A DNA stretch of 64,000 bases from assembly GCA_944388935.1 (NCBI GenBank), contig CALXKK010000002.1:12421-76420 (forward strand). The letters run 5' to 3'. This DNA comes from an uncultured Clostridia bacterium. Lineage in GTDB: Bacteria; Bacillota; Clostridia; TANB77; CAG-508. Position 1 is the stretch's first letter, and every line of letters starts with the position of its first letter. The notes under the pieces were generated by a model. The model was not told the DNA's origin. It searched no databases and saw only the letters and a program-made list of their open reading frames with translations. A program made the position numbers and the translations under genes. Shown here one piece after another: positions 46,161-56,156 of this stretch.

Positions 46161-46190
46161 TGTACCACTTTGTACCACTTCTCTCCACCT
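46161..46190 (-). promoter_or_regulatory. Three direct 10-bp-phased GTGG repeats (GTGGAGAGAA GTGGTACAAA GTGGTACAAA on minus strand): putative MraZ operator in the mraZ promoter
   Basis: Seen directly ~25-55 nt upstream of the mraZ start. Matches the known MraZ-box architecture, in which GTGG-containing direct repeats are spaced one helical turn apart. Confidence 0.55.
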
Positions 46191-46363
46191 GGATAAATTT
46201 TAATACAACATTTATTAAATTGCAAGCACTTTTATAGTTTTTTTTGAATTTTTTTAATTTTTTTATAATTATTAATACAATATTAAAGAAGAATTATTGT
46301 TTCTCAATAATTCTTCTTTATTACTTACACAAATTATATTTCATCAGACAAATTACTTAATAT

Positions 46364-46972
46364 TTATTTAAATAAATTATTTTCTTCTATATATCTATAA
46401 ACTTCATCTGGAGTAAAATACCTTATGCTTTTCCCCTCTTTTATTTTTTCCCTTACAAATGAAGAACTTAGACTACTTCTTATATTGTTTTTTACTTTAA
46501 TAAAATCCGACTTATTTTCTTTTAAAAATGGATCACTATTTATAATATCTTCCAAACAATCATTGTCCCTCTCTAATACTAGTATGTTGAATTTTTTTAC
46601 TAATTCTTTAGCTCCTTTCCATTTATGCATCTTTTTTAAATTATCACTACCAGTTGTAAACCATATCGTTCTATCTGGATACATATCTTGAATTTTCTCT
46701 AAAGTTTCTAAAGTATTTAATTGTGTTTCGTTTTTTAGCTCTATATCCGAAACTTCAAATCTACAATTTTTATCACAAACGCTTTTTAGCATCTCATATC
46801 TATATTCATTATTTAGCAAACCATTTTTTTGATATTTTTGATTTACTGGTACAAATATAATTTTTTCTACATTTTCATATTCAGATACAATTTGTTCTGC
46901 TACCGAAAAATGCGAATTTAAAGGTGGATTAAATGAACCTCCAAAAACTACTATTGTTTTTTCCTTTTTCAT
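46364..46972 (-). CDS. NadD-family nucleotidyltransferase (probable nicotinate-nucleotide adenylyltransferase; variant HxGH motif)
   Basis: MKKEKTIVVFGGSFNPPLNSH... resembles the NadD N-terminus (GGTFDPxHxGH), but the first His is Leu and the Gly is Ser. Confidence 0.6.
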   Translation of the reverse strand: MKKEKTIVVFGGSFNPPLNSHFSVAEQIVSEYENVEKIIFVPVNQKYQKNGLLNNEYRYEMLKSVCDKNCRFEVSDIELKNETQLNTLETLEKIQDMYPDRTIWFTTGSDNLKKMHKWKGAKELVKKFNILVLERDNDCLEDIINSDPFLKENKSDFIKVKNNIRSSLSSSFVREKIKEGKSIRYFTPDEVYRYIEENNLFK

Positions 46973-47097
46973 AGCCTATTTTCCTTCCCAATATATATTT
47001 TTTCAAAGTATAGAAATAATATGCAAATAAATATAATTTAATAAAAGAAAAAAGCTTCTTAATATTCCATATTAAAAAGCTCTTTTAAAAATTAAAT

Positions 47098-48201
47098 TTA
47101 TTTTATTTTTTTGTAGTTTTCTTTTAGTAAATCTGTATCCTTTAATAAAACCGTGCTAGTTGGATAAGATAAGTCCACTCCTTCTTTTTCTAGTATTTCT
47201 AATATATTTTTATTTATATTTTCTTTACAATTCATATAACTATCATAATCAACTGAATTTGTAAACACATATATCATTATAGAAACTCCATCAGGTTCTA
47301 TTTCGTCAAACTTAACATATGTATCTTCATTTATAACACTTTGATTATTTATTAGCATAAAATAAATTTTACTTGTAATTCTTTGTATTACTTCTACTGG
47401 CGTATCCAATGGTAATTTTAAATTCAATTTATATTTTCTTTTTTCCATTTTACTCCAGTTTATAACAGCTTCATTAGATAGCACTCCATTTGGTATATTT
47501 ACTAAGGAATTGTCAAAAGTACGTATTCCTGTACTTCTAAAAGATATATCTTCTACAATACCTTCATAGTTGGTAGTTTGAATCCAATCACCTATTATAA
47601 AAGGCTTATCTATTAAAATCATAACTCCTCCAAATAGGTTTTTCGCTGTATCTTGAGCTGCCAATGTTAAAACAACACTTCCTACTCCAAGTCCAGCTAG
47701 TATAGCATTCAAATTAATTCCCAATAGTCCAATAATACACAATACTGCAATTAAATATATAATCCATCTTGATATTTTATATATAAAATTCAATCTATTA
47801 TCATCTGTATTGCTAAAGAATTTTCTTTGTAATCTTCTCATTGTTTTTGAGTCATTAGAGAAGCAACCTGCCAATGCTTTTGCAAATAAAATTATACAAA
47901 TTATTTTAAATGCTAAAACAATAATATCCATTGCCTTGCCTGTTATTTGTAAGACTCTTGCTGCCAAGAACAAACCAAGCACTATAAAAAATATTTTTAA
48001 TGGATAATAAAATGGCATCTTTCTTATTCGCTCTTTATCTGTCTTTTTTCTTTTAAATATTCTTATTATTATATAAGATAAACCTGAACTAAAAATGTAG
48101 AAAAATATTATGATTGCAATAGCTATTAAAAAATCAATTACTTGTTTTAAATCGATTGATTTAAAATAATTTATTACATTCATTAGTTTATCCATAGACA
48201 T
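47098..48201 (-). CDS. MscS-family mechanosensitive ion channel
   Basis: 367 aa. TM helices are followed by the MscS beta-domain (GVGSVVLTLAAQDTAKNLFGGVMILIDKPFIIGDWI). Confidence 0.8.
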   Translation of the reverse strand: MSMDKLMNVINYFKSIDLKQVIDFLIAIAIIIFFYIFSSGLSYIIIRIFKRKKTDKERIRKMPFYYPLKIFFIVLGLFLAARVLQITGKAMDIIVLAFKIICIILFAKALAGCFSNDSKTMRRLQRKFFSNTDDNRLNFIYKISRWIIYLIAVLCIIGLLGINLNAILAGLGVGSVVLTLAAQDTAKNLFGGVMILIDKPFIIGDWIQTTNYEGIVEDISFRSTGIRTFDNSLVNIPNGVLSNEAVINWSKMEKRKYKLNLKLPLDTPVEVIQRITSKIYFMLINNQSVINEDTYVKFDEIEPDGVSIMIYVFTNSVDYDSYMNCKENINKNILEILEKEGVDLSYPTSTVLLKDTDLLKENYKKIK

Positions 48202-48218
48202 TTTCTCCCTTGTTTATA

Positions 48219-49874
48219 TTACAACACTTTTTTAGCATTTTCAAATCTTTCTTTAATTCTATCCTTACCCATAATTTCCATTATTTCATACATATCTGGA
48301 GTATTTGCTCTTCCGGTTAATGCTATTCTTAAAACAGTACTTACATCTCCAACATGAGCTTCGTATTTATCTGGATTTGCTTTAAACTCTTTTACTTCGC
48401 TTGCATATCCAAGTTTTCCAGCTAACTCTTTTATCTTGTTAAACCATGTTTGTTTATCATCATTTTCATCAAAATAATTATTTATGTATTCTTCCAATAT
48501 TGTTTTTATTTTATCACTATTTGATATTTTTTGGTATTCATATTTAACATTTTGATTATAAAATTTATCATCATACATATATGATATTTCATTTTTTACG
48601 TCTGACCATTTTGCAATATCTTTACGTGGCTTTTTGTTTCCTCTTTCTATTCCAAATATTTTTAAAGCATATTCCTTATCTGTTAACATATCAGCCAATT
48701 CTTTATCATATTTTTCTGCCCATTTTAATGTTTCATTATATACTTTTTCTGCAGTAAATCTTGAGATTACAGATTTTGAAACATCAAGTAATTTTACCAT
48801 ATCAAAAAGTGCTCCACTTACACTCATTTTATTTAATTGCAATTCGAATTTATCTATATCTTCTGTTGGATTTTGTCTTCTCCAATTTTCAAAATTTGAA
48901 TTTGCAATATTTAATAAATATTCTTTAACAGCCTCTCCAGGTATTCCTTGTTCCGCATAATAACTTACAGCTGCCTCTGGGTCTTTTCTTTTACTTAATT
49001 TTCTCTTATTTCCATTATCATTTTTCATGATTGGTGAAATATGTACATATTTTGGAGCCTTAAATCCAATTTCATGGAATAGTTGTAAATGTAATGGAAC
49101 AGATGAAAGCCATTCATCACTTCTAATAACATGAGTTGTTCCCATTAAATGGTCATCCACAACATGTGCAAAATGATATGTTGGAAGACCATCAGCTTTA
49201 ATTATTACTATATCTTGGTCATTCTCTGGGAATGTAACATTTCCTTTTACTACATCATGATGTTTAATTTTTCTGTCTTCTCTACCTGGTGATTTAAATC
49301 TAATAATATATTTTTCTCCGGCTTTTATTTTTTCTGCCATTTCTTCTACTGTTAGATTCCTACATTTTGCCCAAACACCATAATATCCAGGTCTTACTTT
49401 AGCTGCCTCTTGTTTCTTTCTTATCTCTTCAACTTCTTCCGGTGTGCAAAAGCAAGGATATGCTTTACCCATTTCTATCATATATTTAGCATATGATCTA
49501 TATATATCTCCTCTTAAAGATTGTTTATATGGACCATAATTTCCTTTTTCATCTGTTTCGCTTACCATTCCTTCATCAGGTTCTATTCCAAAATCCTTTA
49601 AAGAATTAACTATATCTGTAATTCCATTTTCTATTTCTCTTTTTTGGTCAGTATCCTCTATTCTTAAGAAAAATACACCATCTGTTTGAGAAGCAACCTT
49701 TCTTGCAACCAATGCTTGGTACAAACCACCAATATGCATAAATCCTGTTGGACTTGGAGCAAATCTTGTTACAATAGCTCCCTCTTTTAAGTTTCTTCTT
49801 GGATATTTTTCCTCATAATATTCTATAGGTTTTACATCTGGAAATATTAAATTTGCTAAATCTTTATAGTCCAT
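48219..49874 (-). CDS. gltX: Glutamate--tRNA ligase
   Basis: Class I aaRS with HIGH-type FAPSPTGFMHIGG and KLSKRK. 551 aa. Confidence 0.9.
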   Translation of the reverse strand: MDYKDLANLIFPDVKPIEYYEEKYPRRNLKEGAIVTRFAPSPTGFMHIGGLYQALVARKVASQTDGVFFLRIEDTDQKREIENGITDIVNSLKDFGIEPDEGMVSETDEKGNYGPYKQSLRGDIYRSYAKYMIEMGKAYPCFCTPEEVEEIRKKQEAAKVRPGYYGVWAKCRNLTVEEMAEKIKAGEKYIIRFKSPGREDRKIKHHDVVKGNVTFPENDQDIVIIKADGLPTYHFAHVVDDHLMGTTHVIRSDEWLSSVPLHLQLFHEIGFKAPKYVHISPIMKNDNGNKRKLSKRKDPEAAVSYYAEQGIPGEAVKEYLLNIANSNFENWRRQNPTEDIDKFELQLNKMSVSGALFDMVKLLDVSKSVISRFTAEKVYNETLKWAEKYDKELADMLTDKEYALKIFGIERGNKKPRKDIAKWSDVKNEISYMYDDKFYNQNVKYEYQKISNSDKIKTILEEYINNYFDENDDKQTWFNKIKELAGKLGYASEVKEFKANPDKYEAHVGDVSTVLRIALTGRANTPDMYEIMEIMGKDRIKERFENAKKVL

Positions 49875-49991
49875 ATTATTTATCTCTCCTTCAATCTAAA
49901 GTCTTGAATCTTTTATATTATACAATATATTTATTTTTATATCAAGGTAAAGTTTGTAATACTTTGCCTATGGTATACATAAAAAAAGTGG

Positions 49992-50020
49992 TTGACAATA
50001 ATATTCTAAAATGTTATACT
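49992..50020 (+). promoter_or_regulatory. Consensus promoter TTGACA-17-TATACT for the argGH leader
   Basis: Read directly from the sequence. Confidence 0.6.
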
Positions 50021-50027
50021 GGAAATG

Positions 50028-50303
50028 TATAGTTAAGATATCCAATACAAAAATCGATGATTAAGAGAGTAATTTTATACAGAAGCGACAGCGAGTTAGG
50101 TAGAGTGAGAGCTAACATGTGGAATATAAAATGAAAAGAACTTATGAGTGGCTATGGGAAAAGTAATCTTAGTATCATAGCTCGCGGACTCGGCGTTACT
50201 GAGAATGAGTGATTTATATAGAAATAATATTTAAAATATATAAATAACTAGAGTGGTACCACGTTTTTATAGGCGTCTCTTGTAAAAGAGACGTCTTTTT
50301 TTA
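50028..50303 (+). ncRNA. T-box riboswitch leader (probable Arg specificity) with terminator/antiterminator, upstream of argG
   Basis: Conserved T-box sequence AGAGTGGTACCACG at 50250-50263, immediately followed by the terminator aggcgtctctt gtaa aagagacgtc + T8 (50271-50303). An upstream AGAGA / GA-motif is present, and CGC/CGG triplets occur in the putative specifier region (...UCGCGGAC...). Arg T-boxes upstream of argGH are established in Clostridia. Confidence 0.75.
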
Positions 50304-50438
50304 TTCTATATAAATATTTTATTATTGAATTTGTTTATTAGTTAGCAAATTATATTACTAATAAAATGTCGACTTACTATTAGTTATTATAATTCTAAAT
50401 TATTAATATGGATATCGCAAAAAAAAGGAGGAGTTAAT

Positions 50439-51647
50439 ATGGATTATAAAAAAATTGTATTGTCATATTCAGGGGGACTAGATACCTCTATTATAATTAC
50501 ATGGCTTAAAGAACATTATAATAACTGTGAAGTAATAACCGTAACCGGAGATGTAGGACAAGGTGAAGACGAATTAGAAGGTTTAGAAGAAAAAGCAATA
50601 AAAAGTGGTGCTTCTAAAGCATATATATTAGATTTAAAAGATGAACTAGTAAATGATTATATTATTCCAGCAATTAAAGCTGGTGCAAAATACGAAGGTC
50701 AATATTTATTAGGCACACCATTTACTAGACCTTTGCTAGCTAAAAAATTAGTAGAAATTGCAAAAAAAGAAAATGCAGATGCAATCTGCCATGGCTGTAC
50801 AGGTAAAGGAAATGATCAAGTTAGATTTGAATTGGCAATAAAATCTATAGCCCCTGATATGCCTGTTATTGCGCCATGGAGAATATGGGATATAAAAGGA
50901 AGAAATGACGCAATTGATTATGCAGAAAAGCACAAAATTCCTTTAAAAATAAATAGGGAAACAAATTATTCTAAAGACAAAAATCTATGGCATTTATCAC
51001 ATGAAGGTCTAGACTTAGAAGATGTAAAAAATGTACCAAATTACGATAAAATTTTAGAAATGGGTGTAACACCACAAAAAGCCAAAGATGAAGAAACTAT
51101 TATAGAAATTGAATTTGAAAAAGGAGTACCTGTCGCATTAAATGGTGAACATCTAGGTTTAGTTGAACTTATAGAAAAATTAAATAAAATTGGTGGCGAA
51201 AACGGAATTGGAATATTGGACATGGTAGAAAACAGATTAGTAGGTATGAAATCAAGAGGAGTATACGAAACACCAGGTGGAACTATAATTTACAAAGCTC
51301 ATTCCCTATTAGAATCTATCTGCCTAGATAAAGATACAATGCACTTTAAACAAATTGTATCAGACAAATTAGGAGAATTATTATATGACGCAAAATGGGT
51401 TACCCCTCTTGCAGATGCAATAAATAGTTTTGTAGATAAAACACAAGAAACTGTAACCGGAAAAGTCGGTTTAAAACTATATAAAGGAAATATAATTCCA
51501 AACGGAATATCAAGTCCATATTCTTTATATTCTGTAAAGGTTGCTTCTTTTGATGATGATACCGAATATAATCAAAAAGATGCAGATGGATTTATTAATT
51601 TATATAGCTTACCAATAAAAACAATTGCAAAAATGAAAAATTTATAA
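50439..51647 (+). CDS. argG: Argininosuccinate synthase
   Basis: 402 aa. SGGLDTS (PP-loop) and canonical ArgG motifs. Confidence 0.95.
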   Translation: MDYKKIVLSYSGGLDTSIIITWLKEHYNNCEVITVTGDVGQGEDELEGLEEKAIKSGASKAYILDLKDELVNDYIIPAIKAGAKYEGQYLLGTPFTRPLLAKKLVEIAKKENADAICHGCTGKGNDQVRFELAIKSIAPDMPVIAPWRIWDIKGRNDAIDYAEKHKIPLKINRETNYSKDKNLWHLSHEGLDLEDVKNVPNYDKILEMGVTPQKAKDEETIIEIEFEKGVPVALNGEHLGLVELIEKLNKIGGENGIGILDMVENRLVGMKSRGVYETPGGTIIYKAHSLLESICLDKDTMHFKQIVSDKLGELLYDAKWVTPLADAINSFVDKTQETVTGKVGLKLYKGNIIPNGISSPYSLYSVKVASFDDDTEYNQKDADGFINLYSLPIKTIAKMKNL

Positions 51648-51661
51648 AGGAGGCGATTACA

Positions 51662-53032
51662 ATGCCCATGTGGGAAGGAAGGTTTTCTAAAAAAATAGAT
51701 AAACGTACTAATGATTTCAATTCATCTATACGATTTGACCATAAAATGTACAAAGAAGATATCGAAGGAAGTATTGCACATGCAAAAATGCTTTCAAAAC
51801 AAAAAATTATCGAAAAAGAAGATGAATTAAAAATTATTAATGGTTTAAACTCTATTTTAGAAGATTTAGAAAGTGGAAGTTTAGAATTTGATCCAAACGC
51901 AGAAGACATCCATATGTTTATAGAGTCTGAATTAACTAAACGTATTGGTAAAAGTGGCAAAAAGCTACACACTGCAAGAAGTAGAAACGATCAGGTAGCA
52001 TTGGACATTAGAATGTATCTAAAAAAGAATATTATTGAAATTAAAGGAAATATTAAAAAGTTAATTTTAACATTACTTGACAAAGCTAAAGAAAACACTG
52101 AAACAATAATGCCAGGTTATACCCATATGCAAAGAGCACAACCAATAACTTTTGCACATCATTTAATGGCATATGTAGAAATGTTTAAAAGAGATATGCA
52201 AAGATTAGATGAAACATATGAAAGAGTAAACGTATGCCCAATTGGTAGTTGTGCTTTAGCTGGAACAACATATCCATTAGATAGAGAATTTGAAGCAAAA
52301 GAATTAGGATTTTCTAAAATTACAAATAATAGTATAGATGGAGTTTCAGATAGAGATTTTGTTATTGAACTATTATCTGATATTTCAATAATAATGATGC
52401 ATTTATCAAGAATAAGTGAAGAAATTGTTTTATGGAGCTCCTGGGAATTTAAATTTGTAGAATTGGATGATAGTTTTTCTACCGGTTCTTCTATAATGCC
52501 CCAAAAGAAAAATCCAGACATAGTAGAATTAATTAGAGGCAAAACGGGTAGAGTATATGGAAGTTTAATGGCTATGCTAACAGTAATGAAAGGCACTCCT
52601 CTTGCATATAATAAGGACATGCAAGAAGATAAAGAGTTAATATTTGATGCAATAGATACTGTTAATTTAAGCCTTACTACAATAGAACCTTTAATTAAAA
52701 CAATGTCAGTTTTAAAAGAAAATATGAAAACCGCAGCAGAAAAAGGCTTCATTAATGCTACAGATTGCGCAGACTATTTAGTAGAAAAAGGGTTACCATT
52801 CCGTGATGCTTATAAAATAGTTGGAAACATTGTAAAATATTGCATAGAGCATAATACTACATTAGAAAAGCTAGATATAGAAACATACAAACAATTCAAT
52901 ACAGCCTTTGATGAAGATATTTATTCAGCAATTAATCTAATTAATTGCGTAAATAAAAGAAATGTATTTGGTGGTCCTGCCAAAGAACAAGTAGAAAAAC
53001 AAATTGAACTAGCCCGAAGTGAATTTATTTAA
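51662..53032 (+). CDS. argH: Argininosuccinate lyase
   Basis: 456 aa. The fumarate-lyase signature [12 protein letters not shown] is present. Confidence 0.95.
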   Translation: MPMWEGRFSKKIDKRTNDFNSSIRFDHKMYKEDIEGSIAHAKMLSKQKIIEKEDELKIINGLNSILEDLESGSLEFDPNAEDIHMFIESELTKRIGKSGKKLHTARSRNDQVALDIRMYLKKNIIEIKGNIKKLILTLLDKAKENTETIMPGYTHMQRAQPITFAHHLMAYVEMFKRDMQRLDETYERVNVCPIGSCALAGTTYPLDREFEAKELGFSKITNNSIDGVSDRDFVIELLSDISIIMMHLSRISEEIVLWSSWEFKFVELDDSFSTGSSIMPQKKNPDIVELIRGKTGRVYGSLMAMLTVMKGTPLAYNKDMQEDKELIFDAIDTVNLSLTTIEPLIKTMSVLKENMKTAAEKGFINATDCADYLVEKGLPFRDAYKIVGNIVKYCIEHNTTLEKLDIETYKQFNTAFDEDIYSAINLINCVNKRNVFGGPAKEQVEKQIELARSEFI

Positions 53033-53131
53033 CTATGCTTTTATTTTATTAAAAACTATTTAAAGAAAAACGTTCATAGTATATTTTAACATATTTAGTT
53101 GTGTTTATGTAAACATTTTTATTTTTAAATA

Positions 53132-53160
53132 TTGATATTTCAGGCTTTTTGTGATATAAT
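53132..53160 (+). promoter_or_regulatory. Promoter TTGATA-17-(TGa)TATAAT (extended -10) driving the GC-rich 140-aa gene
   Basis: Read directly from the sequence. Confidence 0.55.
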
Positions 53161-53212
53161 ATCATTGCATTAATTTAGAATTATGTAGCCCGCTTTAGAG
53201 AAAGGAGCACCT

Positions 53213-53635
53213 ATGGCTACACCTAAGTATGACATTCACCTTGTTCTGAAAAACGCGGACGATCCTGATCCGAGTCAGTGGGAGTGGAAATTCAAATTTC
53301 CATTCTATGATGTGCATTTTCCAAGCTTCAGAATTGATTTCTATCAGTCTGTAGCTTGGCAGATTGCCATTAATCTCCCCTACAGCCCGGACACCATTCA
53401 TCTCGATTTGTCACACATTCGTGCAATGTGCCAATTGGTTTGCGATTGCGATTCTATCGAAATCGTATTCCCCAATGGTACGTACGAACATGTGAGTCGC
53501 GAATTCGTAGGTGATATTATAGACCTTGTCAGCAACTTTGAACGCATTTACTGTAATGCAACTGTTGATGACTTCGTCGTACAAACGAACAAAGAGATCA
53601 TCCCCAGAACATCGGTTAAGTTGTCCCTAGGTTAA
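53213..53635 (+). CDS. Hypothetical protein, 140 aa, strongly atypical composition (~45% GC)
   Basis: Intact ORF with AAAGGAG 7 nt upstream. MATPKYDIHLVLKNADDPDPSQWEWKFKFPFYDVHF... has no recognisable family. Confidence 0.6.
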   Translation: MATPKYDIHLVLKNADDPDPSQWEWKFKFPFYDVHFPSFRIDFYQSVAWQIAINLPYSPDTIHLDLSHIRAMCQLVCDCDSIEIVFPNGTYEHVSREFVGDIIDLVSNFERIYCNATVDDFVVQTNKEIIPRTSVKLSLG

Positions 53636-53643
53636 CAAAACAC

Positions 53644-53733
53644 AGAACAACTACTTTGTTCTGGCAAGTAACATCACACGTTATCTTGCAAAACAAGAGA
53701 GGAAGGCACACGCCTCCCTCTCTTGTTTTTTTC
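53644..53733. terminator. Two tandem hairpins: cagaacaa ctact ttgttctg (53644-53664) and the GC-rich aacaagagaggaaggc acac gcctccctctcttgtt + T7 (53692-53733); terminator of the 140-aa islet gene (partly bidirectional with rnjA)
   Basis: Perfect 16-bp GC-rich stem followed by T7. Confidence 0.8.
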
Positions 53734-53742
53734 TGCATTTTT

Positions 53743-55638
53743 CTATACTTCCATTATGATAGGTAAAATCATTGGGTTTCTCTTTGTTTTTGCTGCTATA
53801 TAATCTTTTAAGTTATCTCTTAAATTAGATTTAATTGTAGCCCAATCTGTAATATGATTTCTTTCGCATTTTTCTATTTCATTTCTTATAACTGATTTAA
53901 CATTTTCCATTAAGTTTTCTGATTCCCTTACATATACAAATCCTCTAGAAATTACATCTGGACCTGCAATAATTTCCCCTGTAGAAGAATCCATTGTCAT
54001 AACAATTATAATTAATCCATCTTGTGATAGATGTTGTCTGTCACGAAGTACTATATTTCCAACATCTCCTACACCTAAACCATCTACTAATACTCTTCCT
54101 GATTGTACAGATGTAGTGAACTTACATTCATTTTCGTTAAGCTCTAATACTCTACCATTTGAAAGCATGAAGATATTATCTTTGTCTATTCCCATTTCTT
54201 CTGCTGTTTCTGCATGAGCTTTTAATTGTCTATATTCACCATGTACTGGTAAGAAATATTTTGGTCTTACTAAAGCTAACATTAATCTTTGTTCTTCTTG
54301 GCAAGCATGTCCAGAAACATGGACATCTGCTAAAGAACTATATACAACATCTGCTCCAATTTGCATTAAATCATCAATTACTTTAGAAACTAACTTTTCG
54401 TTTCCTGGTATTGGATTTGCAGATATTATAACTAAGTCATTAGCTGTAATTTGAACTTTTCTGTGTTCTCCAGATGCCATTCTTGTAAGAGCTGACATTG
54501 GTTCACCTTGACTTCCTGTTGTAATAATTACAAGTTGGTCATCAGTATAATTTTTTATCATATCGATATCTATAAATACATTATCTGGAACTTTAATATA
54601 ATCTAATTCCCTTGCAGTATTTATCATGTTTATCATACTTCTACCACAAACTGCTATTTTTCTGTTATATCTAACTGCACAATTAACAATTTGTTGAACT
54701 CTGTGAACATTAGAAGCAAATGTTGCTACAACAATTCTCTTTTTGCAACCATCAAAAAATCTTTCGAAAACATCTCCTACTGTTTTCTCAGACATAGTGA
54801 AACCTTTTCTTTCAGAATTTGTACTATCAGACATAAGTGCTAGGACTCCCTCATTTCCAAGTTCAGCCAAACGTCCTAAATCCATTATCTTTCCGTCTAT
54901 TGGTGTATAATCAACTTTAAAGTCACCTGTATGCACTACTGTTCCTACTGGTGATTTAATAGCCAATGCTACAGAATCTGGAATACTGTGAGAACTTCTT
55001 ATAAATTCAACACTAAATTTACCAGCTTTTATTGTTTCTCCTTGTTGCACTTCTATTAGCTTTGTAGATTTTAATAATTTGTGTTCTTCCAATTTATTTC
55101 TTATAAGTCCACAAGTTAATCTTGTTGCATAAATTGGTACATTTATCTTCTTTAAGAAATATGGAATTGCTCCAATATGATCTTCGTGTCCATGTGTTAT
55201 AAACAAACCTCTTATTTTCTCTTTGTTTTTCTCTAAGTATGTTATATCTGGAATAACTAAATCTACTCCTAACATATCATCTTCTGGGAAAGCTAAACCA
55301 CAGTCTACAATTATAATATCATTTTCGTACTCAAAAACTGTCATGTTCTTTCCTATTTCGTGTAAACCACCTAATGGAATAATTTTTAGATTACTTGGCT
55401 TAAATCTAAAATCCTCTTGAGTTCCTTGCTTTTTAGTTCTTTTTACATTAGTTCTGTTTCTAGTTTGTTTTACACCTTCTGATTTAACTTGATTTTTAGG
55501 TTGTTTAATATTTTCTGTATTAGTTCTATTCTTTTGATTTACTCCTTCTGTTTTTGTATTTGTTCTATGAGTCCTTCTTCTTTGTGTATTCGCACCCACT
55601 TTCTTACCATTCTCTAAACTCTTTTTCTCTTCTGTCAT
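53743..55638 (-). CDS. rnjA: Ribonuclease J with ~70-aa basic low-complexity N-terminal extension
   Basis: The metallo-beta-lactamase core starts at ...LKIIPLGGLHEIGKNMTVFEY... (residue ~85 aligns with residue ~10 of B. subtilis RNase J1). HGHEDHIG, the beta-CASP and C-terminal domains are present. The 5' extension has no alternative canonical start codon near the domain boundary. Confidence 0.9.
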   Translation of the reverse strand: MTEEKKSLENGKKVGANTQRRRTHRTNTKTEGVNQKNRTNTENIKQPKNQVKSEGVKQTRNRTNVKRTKKQGTQEDFRFKPSNLKIIPLGGLHEIGKNMTVFEYENDIIIVDCGLAFPEDDMLGVDLVIPDITYLEKNKEKIRGLFITHGHEDHIGAIPYFLKKINVPIYATRLTCGLIRNKLEEHKLLKSTKLIEVQQGETIKAGKFSVEFIRSSHSIPDSVALAIKSPVGTVVHTGDFKVDYTPIDGKIMDLGRLAELGNEGVLALMSDSTNSERKGFTMSEKTVGDVFERFFDGCKKRIVVATFASNVHRVQQIVNCAVRYNRKIAVCGRSMINMINTARELDYIKVPDNVFIDIDMIKNYTDDQLVIITTGSQGEPMSALTRMASGEHRKVQITANDLVIISANPIPGNEKLVSKVIDDLMQIGADVVYSSLADVHVSGHACQEEQRLMLALVRPKYFLPVHGEYRQLKAHAETAEEMGIDKDNIFMLSNGRVLELNENECKFTTSVQSGRVLVDGLGVGDVGNIVLRDRQHLSQDGLIIIVMTMDSSTGEIIAGPDVISRGFVYVRESENLMENVKSVIRNEIEKCERNHITDWATIKSNLRDNLKDYIAAKTKRNPMILPIIMEV

Positions 55639-56110
55639 TATTTTATCTACTCCTTCTTTTTTATATTAATTTAAACTTCTTTATGATTAGAAGAAATATA
55701 ATTAATTAAAAAATATTTACTTATACAAAATTTAAAATCTCATCACAAAATTTATAATTGAATTACTCAATTATATTTTATACAAGTCTGTCTTTTAGTA
55801 ATATCCGTTCATAAATTTTGTATTATCCTAATTTTAACTCTCTCTTTAATATACACATAATTGTACCATCATATACACTATGATTGCAAAAATTTCTCAT
55901 TAATTATTATAACTATTTTTTTCTATATATTTATAATTCCGAACCATATATAGCAAATAGTTATTCTTCTTTTCATAACAAAACTTAAATCTCTTATTGT
56001 GCCTGTATAGGCAACCTTATGTTTGCTATTATACCAAAAAAATACTATTCTGTCAAATACATTATGTAAATACAACTTTTTCTAAGTGGAATATTTAAAT
56101 CAAATAAACC

Positions 56111-56147
56111 CAAAAAAGACTTAAGAATTTTATTTTTCTTAAGTCTT
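56111..56147 (-). terminator. Intrinsic terminator after the giant GT84/GH94 gene
   Basis: aagacttaagaa / ttcttaagtctt: a 12-bp stem with T6 on the minus strand. Confidence 0.7.
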
Positions 56148-56156
56148 ATAAAATCA

